Part shown: piece after piece, positions 33,734 to 46,404 of the stretch
Layout of the letters: every line of letters begins with the position of its first letter
Position numbering within the stretch: the stretch's first letter is position 1
Assembly (NCBI RefSeq): GCF_001194135.2
Contig: NC_068990.1
Span: 92,158,514 to 92,222,513, forward strand
DNA length: 64,000 nucleotides
Reading direction: 5' to 3'
Origin: Octopus bimaculoides
Taxonomy: Eukaryota
Position numbers and translations under genes: made by a program
Notes under the pieces: model-generated
Databases searched by the model: none
What the model was told of the DNA's origin: nothing
Seen by the model: the letters and a program-made list of their open reading frames with translations, nothing else

Positions 33734-34225
33734 TAAAAATACGTACACCTAATACAAATAACCTATTCTTACAATTAATGAATGGATTTAAGTTTTTTGT
33801 TTTTTTAATATTGTCACATAAATAGTTGATAGGGATGGAGACAGAATCTGTTGTAAGAAGAAAAGAAAAACAGTAAGCAAAGATGTTGCTGTCTCTCTGA
33901 TTTGGGTGTGTGAATTTAGACCAGTGTCCAAACTAAACATACGCCTCTCGTATTTAAGTATATAAGCAACTTCTACTTAAACATTCATTCATTCATTATA
34001 AACATGTTAATTATTTGATACGCACATACATATCTCACAGGTTCTTCTATTAAAAATTTTTATAGACATTAATTTGGAATCTTTTATAATAACCATATTT
34101 TAATTACCATAATTATCTGCATTATTATTCGTTTTCAGCATCCTGTTGCAATCAGAAGCGAGTGTTTGGAGTGAATTTACAACTGTTAAAGACTTCTCGT
34201 TCGGATGACAACAAGGAGCAGCCAT
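25871..34225 (-). CDS. RIMOC1: RAB7A-interacting MON1-CCZ1 complex subunit 1 (C5orf51/UPF0600 homolog), 280 aa
   Basis: Exons 34225-34108, 31118-31024, 29131-29038, 28888-28836, 28076-27945, 26931-26820 and 26109-25871 (843 nt, GT-AG, phases consistent). Motifs recognised from C5orf51: LFAK/AMLDFTF...DFPE.SSEEKVRDLL, ECICWRQGALLYMYC, GIHYLSKM, GIYSDTHLLSLMY.G, DGPLKNQGW....AKELL. Confidence 0.9.
26200..26712 (+). mobile_element. Family R (RTE 3' tail) copy
   Basis: Same tandem units and ...GGACGTTAAAC(GAT)n tail as 31180-31817. Confidence 0.85.
27222..27672. mobile_element. Head-to-head palindromic dimer of a tRNA-headed, hammerhead-tailed SINE-like element (family H) in RIMOC1 intron 5
   Basis: Arms 27222-27437 and 27444-27649 around a 6-nt centre. 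Right arm has A box TGGTGTAGTGG (27445-27455), B box GAGTTCGATTCC (27488-27499) and CTGATGA..GAAA (27567-27598). Flanked by direct repeat TGTCCTGTAATAT (27209-27221 and 27673-27685). Confidence 0.85.
29708..29951 (-). mobile_element. Family H full-length single copy
   Basis: Reverse strand reads TGGCGTAGTGG (A box), GAGTTCAATTCC (B box), (AAT)n linker, GACAC-CTGATGA-AGGCTG...CAGCC-GAAACG and tail GATGAGGACAAATATTCATCAAATGTAAATAATGTAC. Confidence 0.85.
30238..30464 (+). mobile_element. Family M SINE copy (young, CpGs retained)
   Basis: Head with TTCTGAGTTCAAATTCC B-box-like site, central GCCTTTCATCCTTTCGGGGTCGATAAATTAAGTACCAG, and tail GGCCTTGTGCTTAGAATAGAAAAGAATA. Confidence 0.85.
31180..31817 (+). 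mobile_element. RTE LINE 3' end with tandem-unit 3' UTR and (GAT)n tail (family R, longest copy)
   Basis: Encodes VEGIWGRGRPRETWDELVKHDLRMLGL.EAMTKDR.LWRYAV. Followed by repeated GTGCCGGTGGCACGTAAAAAGCACC units and the tail CATCCAGCTGTAG...AACCCATGCCAGCATGGAAAACGGACATTAAACGATGATGAT. Confidence 0.85.
32551..32880 (-). mobile_element. Family R (RTE 3' tail) copy
   Basis: CATCATCATTTAACGTCCGCTTTCCATGCTAGCATGGGTTGGACG... followed by tandem units. Confidence 0.85.
33053..33215 (+). mobile_element. tRNA-derived SINE with a CORE-like segment (family C)
   Basis: GCATGGCT..GTGGTTAAGAG...GGTTTCAGTCCCACT...CACCTGGGGCAGGTGTCTTCT.ACTATA...TGTGAGT..ATTTG.TAG. Other copies at about 20207-20340+, 22300-22450-, 32380-32520+, 45990-46125-, 50290-50670+ and 54230-54380-. 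Confidence 0.75.
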
Positions 34226-34357
34226 TATGCTGTCTGTTTGGATCATACGATTATATTTAACTCCAGCATAGACAGATATCACTGCAACTATAACGAATGG
34301 GACTTCAATCGAACCAATATTTTCCTCCGCATAATATACGCTACACCATATAAAATG

Positions 34358-34503
34358 GTGCAGCACGGAATTTTGTCAGTGAAGAGGTCGCGGTCTCGAA
34401 GCAACGAAAATATTTTGACAAATTAAATTTAAATGTTGAAGTGAATCTAACGATCTTTGTGTGTTATTTTAAATGGCTTATAAACACCTTCCACGCTGCA
34501 ATT
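34358..34503. mobile_element. Short 146-bp interspersed element with 13-bp flanking direct repeat
   Basis: ACCATATAAAATG at 34345-34357 and 34504-34516. Imperfect terminal inversion TGCAGCACGGAA / TTCCACGCTGCA. A second, inverted copy lies at 20676-20808. Confidence 0.75.
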
Positions 34504-35291
34504 ACCATATAAAATGTATCGCAGGTAAATTTCATTAAAAAAAAAAAACAAAAAAAAAAAACATTCATTATCAAGAAAGTTAGAAGGAAATAAAGTCGGG
34601 AATGGGGAGAATATCCGAAATTCCTCCGCAAAAATTACTTTATAGATTTTCCCCCCAAAATTCATTTCTGAAAAATTTCATTAAAAAAATATGCATTTTT
34701 AGAAAGTTATGAGGAAACAAAGTCGTGGAAGGGGTCACACTTCTGTTGATATGCCTATATTATTTGAGTGATTCCAGTTCATTCGGTCCAATATCCTGGG
34801 GTCGTTTCTCAATACAACAAGCACCTGAAGAAGGTTGGAGAAAACAACAACTGAATTACTGTGATTAAACAACCAAACTGAAGGCATTGGTCTGAATAAA
34901 TCTGTGTATAATAATAAATATATAAATATTTATATTTGTTTCATGTAAAATATATAAGAGAAGGAACAGAATCATCAGAACCTGAAATTAATGTATTCAT
35001 GGAATGGACGGCTAATGGATTATATGATATGAAATCATACAAAAAAAGATATACCGCTAGTTATTTCTTCCTTATGTGATTCAGTTTTATTTTACACACG
35101 CACACAATGATTGATTGGCTGATTGATTGATTGATTGATTGATCGATTGGTTGATTGATTGATTAGGGGGATAATTATAATGCTGGCTGTCACTTCATCA
35201 GAACATCACATGGGATTCTGGCTAGCTTAGTATTTCAATAATCAAAAGAAGATCAGTGAGTCATCGATTAATAGGAAGGGGACGCAGAATT

Positions 35292-35508
<217 letters not shown>

Positions 35509-36099
35509 AATGCCCTGATGCAGTACCAGGCACTGGCTCTCAAGGATTCTGATCTTAACTGATTGGAAGTGTTACCATGTATATGTTATGGGCTACAGCA
35601 AATATGTTATGGGCTACAGCAAATATGTTTGCTTTTTGTTATTATTTAGAAAAGGAAAGAAAAAATATTGTCTGTTGTCAGTTATGTCAATGGAAAATCT
35701 TTGATTCCCTACAACTGTAAAAGGTATTCACATTCCCTTAATTATGCACACCAAAAAATACTAACATTTCCTTGAAATCATTCATAGCATTATCATGGGT
35801 GTTCTCTATTAGTTATTCCTTCACTGTTCCCATGATCATTAAATATTTTATCAATAAGAATAATTATAATTAATTTTAGAAAATAATAAAGATAACAATT
35901 CGGAATAGCTGTAAATTATTTAGAAAAAAATCATCAGGACCCAGTTGATTCGTTAAAATTTTTTTTGTCTTCTCTGTATACATTTTGCAATAATAAGCGA
36001 AGTGATTGGTTAAACTTTGGTGGACGAGTATATTTCTACTGACATCTATCTATATCTATTAACAGTTGTTTGGCCGGAAATATTCACATTCTTTGAGAT

Positions 36100-37300
36100 G
36101 TTTTATATTTCTTTACACCCACCCCCCACTTCTACATATGCCTACTGATGTTAGATTTCAACGAGACTATCGTCACTTGAGTCTTTTGAAAGTGAAGCCA
36201 ACAATTCATAAACATCTCCCGAATCAATATCCTCAAAGCTGAGTTCTTTTCCAATGGTAGCAATTTCATTAATGACTTCGTTTATTGGATTTTTAAAGCC
36301 ACTAAATTCATTATCGCATTCAGGCAGAAGATTCTGCCAGACCGCACCCATACAGCTAACTGGCTGTCACTTCTAATGATTTGTGAATATTTTCAATTGT
36401 TTGCTCAATATCATCTTTATCCAAAAGCACTTTCTTGGTTATAGTATTACCTGTGAGAAAGTTTTTCAAATACAACAGGTCATAGCCATTGTTCCGTCGT
36501 CCTGGTCGTGGTACAAATATAACCAGCACATTAATACAAAAATCACTGAGTCAAGAAGACTGGAAGTATTCTTATCAGGAAGTAAAAGAGCTGCAAAGTT
36601 AAATCATTTTTCTTGCAATAACTTTCAATTTCCTGCAAAAATGCGACATGAGGCAATCATCAAAGTAATCCAAGTCTTTTTATTTGATTGCTGAATGACT
36701 AAAAGTTATTGAAACATTTTAAAGGCTTTGGATCATTATTCAACAAATAAGCATTGGTTTAGATTTGAAGCCCTCCCAATGGTTAAGTGATTTTTTTTTT
36801 AATGCTTTTTAACGAGGTTATGATGCTTCACTTTTTACAAAAGGTTCTTGATGGTTATTTTAGATGAATGACTGGTTTCAGGAATGTTGAAAATTTGATG
36901 ATCATAGTAATTATTTTCCTTGATTATTTTTTTATTGTGCAGCAAGATATTTAGCTGCAACGCTTTCATCTGCTCTTTCACTTCTTTTATTCTTAGGTTT
37001 TTCATTTATTTTCTAGTTTTGACGTTTTCTAATCAACTTAGAAAGCATAAGATGTCACAAAGGAATTTAGATGTCCTGGTATGGGACATTAAAAACTTAC
37101 AGGTTTTCTACAAATCTTGTAAATTTCTGATTTGCCTCAAACACATATGTATTGTACAGCTTTATAATACTTTGTGTATACAGTTTAGCCATTACTGCCA
37201 TACCCAAATATTTATCACAAACATACATTTTTTTTCAATTTCATAGGTTGGTCATTATCCAATGCATGTTCACATAGCTTGACCAATGGTGGTTAATAAT
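36100..37300 (-). mobile_element. Decayed pogo/Tigger (TIGD1-like) DNA transposase remnant
   Basis: ADESVAAKYLA, IIKENNYYDHQIFNIPET and C-terminal GAVWQNLLPECDNEFSGF...EIATIGKELSFEDIDSGDVYELLAS match Tigger-type motifs. Many stops and frameshifts; boundaries approximate. Confidence 0.7.
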
Positions 37301-39559
37301 TCAATCCAACAGCAAATCTTCATGGTTATTATTTGTGAAAAATTGTGGTTAGCTGATTAGTGAAGTTTGAATTCGGCTGTTCCTCCAAAATAACCAAAGC
37401 CATCAAAGATTTCTTCCTTTTTTTTCTCTCTGACCATTTATTTACACATTACTTGACAATATTTACAATTGTACTCACTGGGGCCAGTTTTTCTGCTTTC
37501 CAGTAGAGATAGCTATAGATGTTGTGCTTTTGACTAGGAATTTAATAGTTACTTATTCATGTTATGAGAGGAAGGGAAATTACACGTCCGTGGTAAACAA
37601 ATGATTTCTCTTAGCCCAGGTACTAGCATACATAGAGAGTGTGCTGCCTAGAGCGGCCCTTCAGTTTTCCACCTAAGGGTCACCCCCACCCCACCAAAAA
37701 AAAACATATTGCCTACAGCAGACCCAAAAGTGGTGCCATGCAGGACAGAACAGCGACCAAGAAACTTGACTTCTCACAGATCTCCGACATGTTTAGCTTT
37801 ATCGTGACATGCAATTACATTCATAACCTAATTTTGACAGGAACATAATGGAAAATCCACGAGACAACTTGCAATCGAATGACTGGGCTGAAATATAATT
37901 GGTTGACAATTAGGGTGATGCCGTCTGATGTGCTCTGGTTTACATCTTGGTACAAGGCTAACAAGGTTTTGATTCTGAGTTTCGTTACACATTCTGCTAC
38001 CCAGTCGTTTTTTTTTTAGCAGACGTTTAAATCAATTAAAACTACTACCAAGCAACACATGGGTTTCTCTATTTTGGTTGACATGTTAGCATTCGGAAAG
38101 GCTACAGTTTAAGGGAAATCCCAAGGGTAGGGCCTTTGTTCGGGTCCGCATTAGTTTTCATCTTTCACTTCAGTTGCTCAGTTGCAATATAACAAATGAT
38201 TTAGGGTAGTGGATGAAAGGGTCGGAAGGGCATCAGATAAAATACTTTGTGGTATTTAGTTATGTCCCTTCCCTTTCTGAGTTCAATTCCAATGCAGGTC
38301 AACTTAACCATAACTGTTTAGATAATTCATATTTTAAATGTCTGGTGCTCAGTGAATAATGGTGACTAACTCTTACAAACGCTGGCTGATGTTTGATGGA
38401 TGGCTTTGCATTTTATGTGTAGGATAACTCTTAAAGCCACTTGTTTGTAGAATTTGTCAACAGGTGAGATGTATAAGAAACATACTAAAGGGTTTGTTTT
38501 CATTACACTCATTGAAAAGTTTCGGAAAAATTCACAGCTTATAAAGTAAAGATTCAACTAATTAGCCATCTTGAATGGCTAGAGGCTGTTGCCTGATCTG
38601 TTGATGGTGGTTTCCAAATCAGTGTAGATTTAGTCAGCTAGGAGGTTGTAAATTGAGGGAAAACTACAAATTGTGCGTGTTAAAGTCAGTGACAATGTAA
38701 CAACAACCAGAAGAAGAGAGCCGAGATGAATGGTTTTCAATATAAAAGGAAAAATAGTACAATGATCAGTGATAATTAATAAGTGTGATTCATAGTTACA
38801 CAGCATAAGTTTAGCTTATGGTCAATACCAGTAGCGTATGGGGATCATTGTCACAAAGTGTGCATTATGCTACTCTGCTAAAACTGCCAACATAAGTATT
38901 AAATTATCACTTAAAAATAACATACTTAATCTGTGTTTTTAGTGTATCTTATTAAATTTAGAAACATTATTAGTAGATTAATAATACTGCAACAGCAGAA
39001 TGATTATAAAGAATATTTAGTGAACTCATGCATATATCTTCACGGATATATGGTGCTAGTGGAATGTTGCTCAGCCTTCGGTCATTAGCTATTATTTTGA
39101 TTACTTTCCCAGTAACCCGTCATCCCTTCAGTGTCATATCCTGATACAACAGGTAGTGGGATATGCACTACTACCTCAGAACAACTGTCACATTGTTGCA
39201 TTTCATAAGAACACACACACACACACGCAAAAATTGTTTCTTGTGATTAAATTACTGAGTGAATCTAATATGTATGCATGAATTTGCCGTCGTCGGCAGG
39301 TGTACGCAACACACCTAACATATCTCTGGTCAATACAATAATGGACCGAGTGACAACTCCGGGTCATATTGATTATTTTTCACTTAGTCACAGGGATCAG
39401 GGATAATTTTTGTAGGGGAAGGGGTGAAGCGTAGAATATTATTAGTGCTTGTATCTTTGAAGAGACAAAAGGTGAAGACTATTTGAACAAAAATCAAACC
39501 AATGAGGTACAGAATTAGATAACACAAAACTTCCATGCAGACACTTCTATCAGCTTCAA

Positions 39560-40360
39560 TGACATGTTTTTGTTTTTTTCCTTTCCGTCCCTCCTTTATT
39601 CCATCTTTCTGTCAGCCTATACCATTTTCCTTCACTTCATTCTTCTATCATTCCTTCAGTTCTTCATTTCATCCCAATCCTGTCTCCCCCCCCCCCACTT
39701 TATACAATATATCTCTGTCGTTCCTAACAATCTCCACCTCTCCTTTCTCTTCTGTCAGCTCTTCTTTTAATCTACCTCCCACCCCTTTTCTATCGGTTCC
39801 TCCTTTCCATCGCCACTGCACTCTTTATCCTCTCATCCCTCTCCCCGTACCGCTATTTCAGCCTCTCATCATCTTTCTCTTTCTTCATCACACCTAACCT
39901 CCTTCTTCTCTTCCCTTTTTCATTTCTTCTTCTACTCATTCAATTTTACTTTCTCCCAATTATGTCACCTCTCCTTCCCTTGCTTTCTCTTTCTCTTTTC
40001 ACCCTCGCGCCTGCTCGTTCTGTCTTTTCATTCCATTCTTTCATCAAACTCCCTCTCTCAGTTCTTTCTCTCATTCATTCATTCACTCTTTCTTTCGTTT
40101 AATTGTCTCCCCTCTCTCTGTCTTACTCTCATTTTTAGTTCCTCAATCTTCAGTTCCCTTTCTTTATCTCTCACTCTCTCTCTCTCTCTCTCTCTCTCTC
40201 ATCTCTTTCTCTTTCAAAATCATTTCACTCTCATCCCTTTATTTATTTTTATTCTCTCCATTTCTCTTCTTCCCCCCACCCTCTCCCTCATTTCCTTTTT
40301 TACTTCATTCTTCTCTCTCTCTNNNNNNNNNNCTCTCCCTCATTTCCTTTTTTACTTCAT

Positions 40361-40397
<37 letters not shown>

Positions 40398-40510
40398 CGT
40401 TACCTTCTTCTTTCTTTCACTCTTCATCCGTTTCCTTCATTTTCATTTCTTTGCCTTCCCTTCATCTCTTTCCATCTCTCTTTCACTTCACTCTCATTAT
40501 CCCCATTAAA
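39560..40510 (+). repeat. Polypyrimidine/(CT)n low-complexity tract containing a 10-N gap
   Basis: About 1 kb of almost only C/T. Related tracts at about 53450-53790 and 54715-54825; a purine-rich counterpart at about 43000-43460. Confidence 0.9.
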
Positions 40511-41055
40511 ACCATTTCCTCCATTATCTGTCTGAGTTAGTCAGTCAGTCAGCCAATGTGTGCCTTTGTCTAATGTTACGATATATCGTCTGCTCCTTCC
40601 ATATTTTCCACCATGCCTCATTTACCTTCAACTTCAACAAAACATCATCAAAAACAACATGACAGGAAAGCTTCATCAACTAAACCGTTTTAAATATTGT
40701 TTGATTGATAGTTGTATTAGCAACTAACCTCAAACGATCACAATTCTCATTTTCTCTTGCACTGGGATGCAGCAGACATTTTAACATGAATTTCTGTTTT
40801 AACTATTTCTTTCTTATTTTTGTTATTATTCTAGGTTAAGTCTTATTTTATCACTTTCCTTTCTTTATTTTGTGATTTATGTGTTTGCTGTTTCTCTGTG
40901 TGAAATGCTTTTTGCTTCGCTTTTGTCTTTACATTCGGTTTACTTTACATGTAAGTAAATTCCATTCAGTTACAACAGACCATCTCACTTTCTCACAACA
41001 TTTCCTCCTTCCTCTCTCTTCAGTATATTTTTGTGGATATACACACGTGCCTGTG

Positions 41056-41105
<50 letters not shown>

Positions 41106-41614
41106 ATTCAAAAAATAAAGAGGGGGAGAGAGAGAAAGGTGAAGAGTGAAGTAGGTGAAATAGTTATTACCCACAATCTGTGTGTGTCCGTGTGTATTTT
41201 CTGCCATGTCCGAAGAAAAATCTATTTACATTCTCCCAACGTTCCACCAGAATAAATAGTTCTGCTCCTACAATTACCACATACAGATACAGATGCACAT
41301 ACATACATATATACATTAACACATGCACTAATATATGCATACATATACTCACATACATATATACACATATACACATGCACACACACATATTACATACACA
41401 CACACATACATATATATATACATATATACATAAAGGCATATCGGATTACCAACACACTTAACTGAAAAGCTTGGAAAATTGTGGATCCTCTTGCATGATA
41501 CCAATGGTAGCATTGTTAATCTCCAAATAAAGTACATATATACATATGTATATTTATATACATATGTATATTTATATGCATATGTATATTTATATGCATA
41601 CATACATTTTTTCC

Positions 41615-42420
41615 TTCAGACGAAAATCTTATCACATCAAACATCACTTGGGACGTGGGAGTAACTTTTGACAACAACTTAAACTGGAATGCCCACATAA
41701 ACAACAAAGTCAACATGGCCCACAAGGCTTGCTCCTGGACGCTCAATACTTTTCGGTCTAGAGACGCCCCTACCGTTATCCTTCTCTTCTCTACCTTTGC
41801 CCATCCTCACCTTGAATACTATTGTCTGCTATGGTTTCCCTACCTGAAACAGAATATTATAAAAATTGAAGAGCCCCAGATATTGGTCACAACGAAAATA
41901 GACAGCATGGCAGGTCTTGATTATTGGGATCATCTCAAGAAACTCAATCCTTATTCCTCCAGCATTGCCATGAATGCTATATCATTTGTACGATGTGGAA
42001 AATATTCCAACAGTATTGACTAAATGATGTTGGCATCAACTTTAAAGTTCACCCAAGGCTTGGTCCCTGTGCTAGCCATCCTCTATAAAAGTCATGTTTT
42101 TGTCAGATCACAACTCTAAGACAGAACTGTTTCACCTCAACTGGCCCTGCACTCTTTGACATCATATCATGACACATGAGAGAAGAAAAAGATCTCCTAA
42201 TATTTAAATGGTTCCTGGATTATTATCTCCAACAAATTCCAGATAAAGCACCAACCCCCGGATATATATATCAGCAAACAATAACTCTCTACTCAGATGG
42301 GCTGTGGTGCCCATAGAATGGCTAATATCAATCACCTTTGAATGTCTTTTCAGGTGGTGCTATTAAGTTAGACATAGCCTGGGGGCGGGGGGGGGGGCAA
42401 TGCTGGCCAAAACTTATCTA
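41615..42420 (+). mobile_element. CR1/L2-like LINE 3' fragment
   Basis: GVTFDNNLNW.AHIN...WTLNTFRSRD....LLF....HPHLEYYCLLWFPY.K.NI.KIE...LDYWDHLKKLN: end of RT plus the C-terminal domain typical of CR1-group LINEs. Confidence 0.8.
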
Positions 42421-43829
42421 AATATTTTTCATTCTCTCTCCATCTTTTCCCTCTCAGCCCTTTCTGTCAAAGAGCATAGGCTTGAAATGTCAAAGACTTT
42501 TCCATTCTTCCTGAACTAATACACCTGCTTGTTGTTCCTTCACTGTCTTTATCTTTTGTTTTCTGTAAATTTGAACATACATACATACATACATATACAT
42601 CACAGCTCCTTGTGTACAGATGCTATAAATATAAATAAAGAATTTCATAATATACTTTCCAGACTTGATTTTGGGAATCTGTGATCTTTATAACCAAGGA
42701 GACTCTTAAGAAGAAATTCAAACAATACAGCATAACTTTTCTTCATAGGTTCCTTTGTAAATTCATAAAGGAACATATGGAGTTCTAAAATATTGGCCAT
42801 GCATCAAGCTCGTTAACATGCACTTTACAAACGTACACACACACACGTGCACGCATATGTGCATGCCAAAGCATACATATGAGATAGAAGGAAGGAAAGA
42901 AAATGTTACTGAGAGGAAAACTTTCTGCTAATCATCTACAATGCAAACTTGCAGATGAGAAAATTAAAGAAGTAGAAGAGTGATGCGAAAGGGTAGATGT
43001 AGTGGGGGATAAGTCAATGTGAGATGATGTGAGTAGTGAGGAAGATAAACGATGTGGGAGGAAGTAGATTGATGAGGAGAAGTCAAAGTTGATAGCAAGA
43101 CTCAGATCATGAGGAATTAAAAGGACCAGGTAGGTGGAGTTGAGGGTAAGTGAGAAACGTGGGCTGAGAAGAAAGGAGCTGAAGGATAAATAACCCAGTC
43201 ACACATACACAAACAGAGAGAGAGAGAGGGGAAAAAGGGGGAAGAAAGAATGTGCTGACAGGAGTGGTCGAGGAGGGGGGGAATAAAAGTTTGTTGGAGA
43301 AACATAAATTTAAGGAATTAGTAGGCTCTGCGGAATGGGTATTTTAAGGAGTGACCAGAAGCATAATGATAAAAATGCAGAGAAAATGGAAACAAAAGTG
43401 TCATCGTCTGCAATGGGAGGGGAGTAGGGAGAGGTCTAATGAGAGGGGAGCAGGGAGAGAGGTCTATATAACAAATTCATGTCATTGGTTCATTTGGAGT
43501 AATTTTGTCTTTGCCCATTTTATTAAATGCAAACAGAATAGTAATTAGACACACTGCACAAACAACATATTCACATATATATATGCTTATATATGTATAA
43601 ACACATGCAAATATACATATGCATGCATACAAGCATGCATGTACATCTCCATATTTGCACGTGTCCATATTTAGCTGTTTGTTCAATAAAGACTGAGATC
43701 CACATTTTGAAATAAAAGACATAATTCTGATAAAGACAGAATATTTTACATTATCTAGTTAGAGTTTATAGTTTTTGCAAGATGGCTTCTATTCTCTGGA
43801 GTAAAGACTCTCCCTCCCTCCCTCTCTCT

Positions 43830-43866
<37 letters not shown>

Positions 43867-44582
43867 ACATACTCTGAATTCAAACCCTGTCAAAGTTGAA
43901 CTTTGTCATATTTCTGGTGTTTATGAAATAAAGGCACCAGCCACACATTGACATGTGTATTTAATTGAATGTTCACGCTTGTATGTTCAGCTAAGCAGAG
44001 AAGAATGGAGCTGAGTTTCAGTGAAAAGTGGAGATCAAAGAAATATTTAAGAGTTCACGCTGATTAATATGGGAGATAACAGAGATTAAGATGTTTCATT
44101 TTTACATCTGAAACAGATCTATATGTTGATTTGAACACCACACCTCTAACTTTCAATCAGGACAGGAGTTTCAGTAGATTGAATAATGGCATCAGCAAAA
44201 AGCTGGCCATCTAAACATTTTCAGGATGTTCAAATGATGATATCACCATAGGTTTGTCAAATTCAGATTTGTTCTGGATCATATTAAAAAGGCCAGGATT
44301 TACAGAGGGAAACAGTGAAAAAGTTAGGAGCTCAGCAATGTGAGTAGCAAAACATAACAGCAGTCAACTCTTTAGATTCAGCACAATCTCTATAGTTAAG
44401 ACTATCAAAATGCTGATCTGTAAAAAATAACACTAGCACACTCTCTGGCTTCTCTCTCAACACACATACTACTATGAACAGAACTTTCCAATGTTACTCT
44501 GTTGTTTCTATTCTTTGGACTGTTTGGTCCGATACAAACTTTTAACAATAGATATATGATGAAGTGAAAATGAACAACCCAT

Positions 44583-44925
44583 TGCATGGCACCTTGGTCA
44601 AGTATCTTTTACTATAGCCTTAGGTCAATCAAAGCCTTATGAGTGGATTTGATAGATAGAAACTGAAAGAAGCCTGTCATGTATATGTATATGTCTACGT
44701 GTGTGTCTTTGTGGTTGTATTTGTCCCACCAACTCCTCTTGACATCTGGTGCTGGTGTATTTACATCCACATAACTTAGCGGCTTAGCAAAAGAGACCAA
44801 TAGATTAAGTTCCCGGTTTTAAAAAAAAAACATAAGAACTGGGGCCGGTACAGTTGACTAAGAATTCTTCAGGATGGTGCTCCAGTATGGCCGCAGTGTA
44901 ATGACTGAAACAAGTAAAAGGTTAA
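44583..44925 (+). mobile_element. Family C SINE, body and 3' tail
   Basis: GGCACCTTGGTCAAGTATCTTTTACTATAGCC...GAAAGAAGCC...CCAGTATGGCCGCAGT.TAATGACTGAAACAAGTAAAAG. The tail recurs at 32920-32970 and 33410-33465. Confidence 0.75.
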
Positions 44926-46404
44926 AGAAAAAAGGACTCTTTCTATTCATCGATAATTCTTCAACATTCATCTTACAGTTAAATTGGTAGACCACAACAT
45001 TCTTCTTATTGTAAAGCGCCCAAAGTGAAGAGTTATGAGAATCTACAAAGAAAAAGAGTTCAAAAGGTAAAGGGCAAAGTTCATATAATTGATATATGAG
45101 GGGCAGGGTAGCTACAAAAGGCACACCCAGTTAATTTGTTTACATGGATTCGAAATACATGAAAATTGAAAGTAAACAATAGTATCTTTCACCAACTCCA
45201 CCACCACCACCAGCTGTGGTATCATTAACCTGCTATGGACAAACATGACTGGCTGCTATAACCGAAATATTACTAATAACTCATTATTACTCAACTATCA
45301 TTCTTAAACCTAATCACCTAATATAAAAATTTTTTTACACAATACTTCACTGTTATTTTTAAAATCCACCACCCCCACCTCCATGCCAGCTTGATTAAAC
45401 TAAACTCAATCATTCATAGACACTCCCTCCTCCTTCCTTTCTTAGTCATTATTCATCCTGCCCTCCTCTACTTATTTCACTTCCTCTTCTTTTTTTGTGT
45501 CATTTAATATTTTTTATCTTCCTTTTTTATTTTCTTTATTTGATTTTTCTTTTTTGCTTTCTATATGTTTTTTTTAGATCCACCTTATTTTTCCTTCCTA
45601 TATTTCCTTCTTTTTTTCCCTCGTTATATATTTCACTCTTTCCTTCTTCATACTTTTCGTCAAACATTTTTTTCATTTTAAACACTGACCCTTTTTTTTC
45701 TGTCACTTAGTTGATATCCAGTTAAAAAGTCACAACAGAATCAATGATACAGTAATACCCAGCTGAAGATTTTTGCAGGGTCTAGTTAGATCCTTTCACT
45801 TCTCAACTCCAAACCTTCTGAGGCCAACAGAATCAATACCAATCCTATATTAAGGAACCAATATAATCAACTATTCTCCATCCTTATAAATATATGGCTT
45901 TGGACCATAGCTGGAATTCCAAATGGTTTGGAAACAAACTTCTTACCAGAGTCACACCTGCATGTATATATGTGTGTGTGTGTGTTTACATGATGGAATT
46001 TTACAGTTTCCACCTATCAAATTCATTCACAAAACACTGGTCAGTCCAGAGCTATAGCAGAAGGAACTTGCTCAAGGCATCAAGCAGAAGAACTGAGCCG
46101 AAAGCCAATGATTGCAAAGCTAGCTTCTTTTCTGCACCTAGGATATTTTTGTTCTTTGAAATAGGCAGATTTGGTTTAAATTAGATAATCTAAAAGAAAG
46201 AACTGCATTCTGGGGTTCATGATAGAAATACCAGTCAGGTGGAAACATGTCAATTCAATCCAAAATCTATCACCTTGCAGCAATGTGAGAATTTTTTCGA
46301 AATAAATGGATTTGCTTAAATTAGATTCTATAAAAGAGAGAATTATATTTTCCTCCCTTAAGAATTGTAGTTGTTAGCTCAATATTTAAAGATTATTAAT
46401 GTGT

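Noticed and set aside
35581-35622. 21-bp tandem duplication
   Set aside because: Two copies only, consistent with ordinary slippage.
40260-40390. Direct duplication of a ~50-bp CT-rich sequence
   Set aside because: The copies sit on either side of a 10-N gap, most likely unmerged contig ends.
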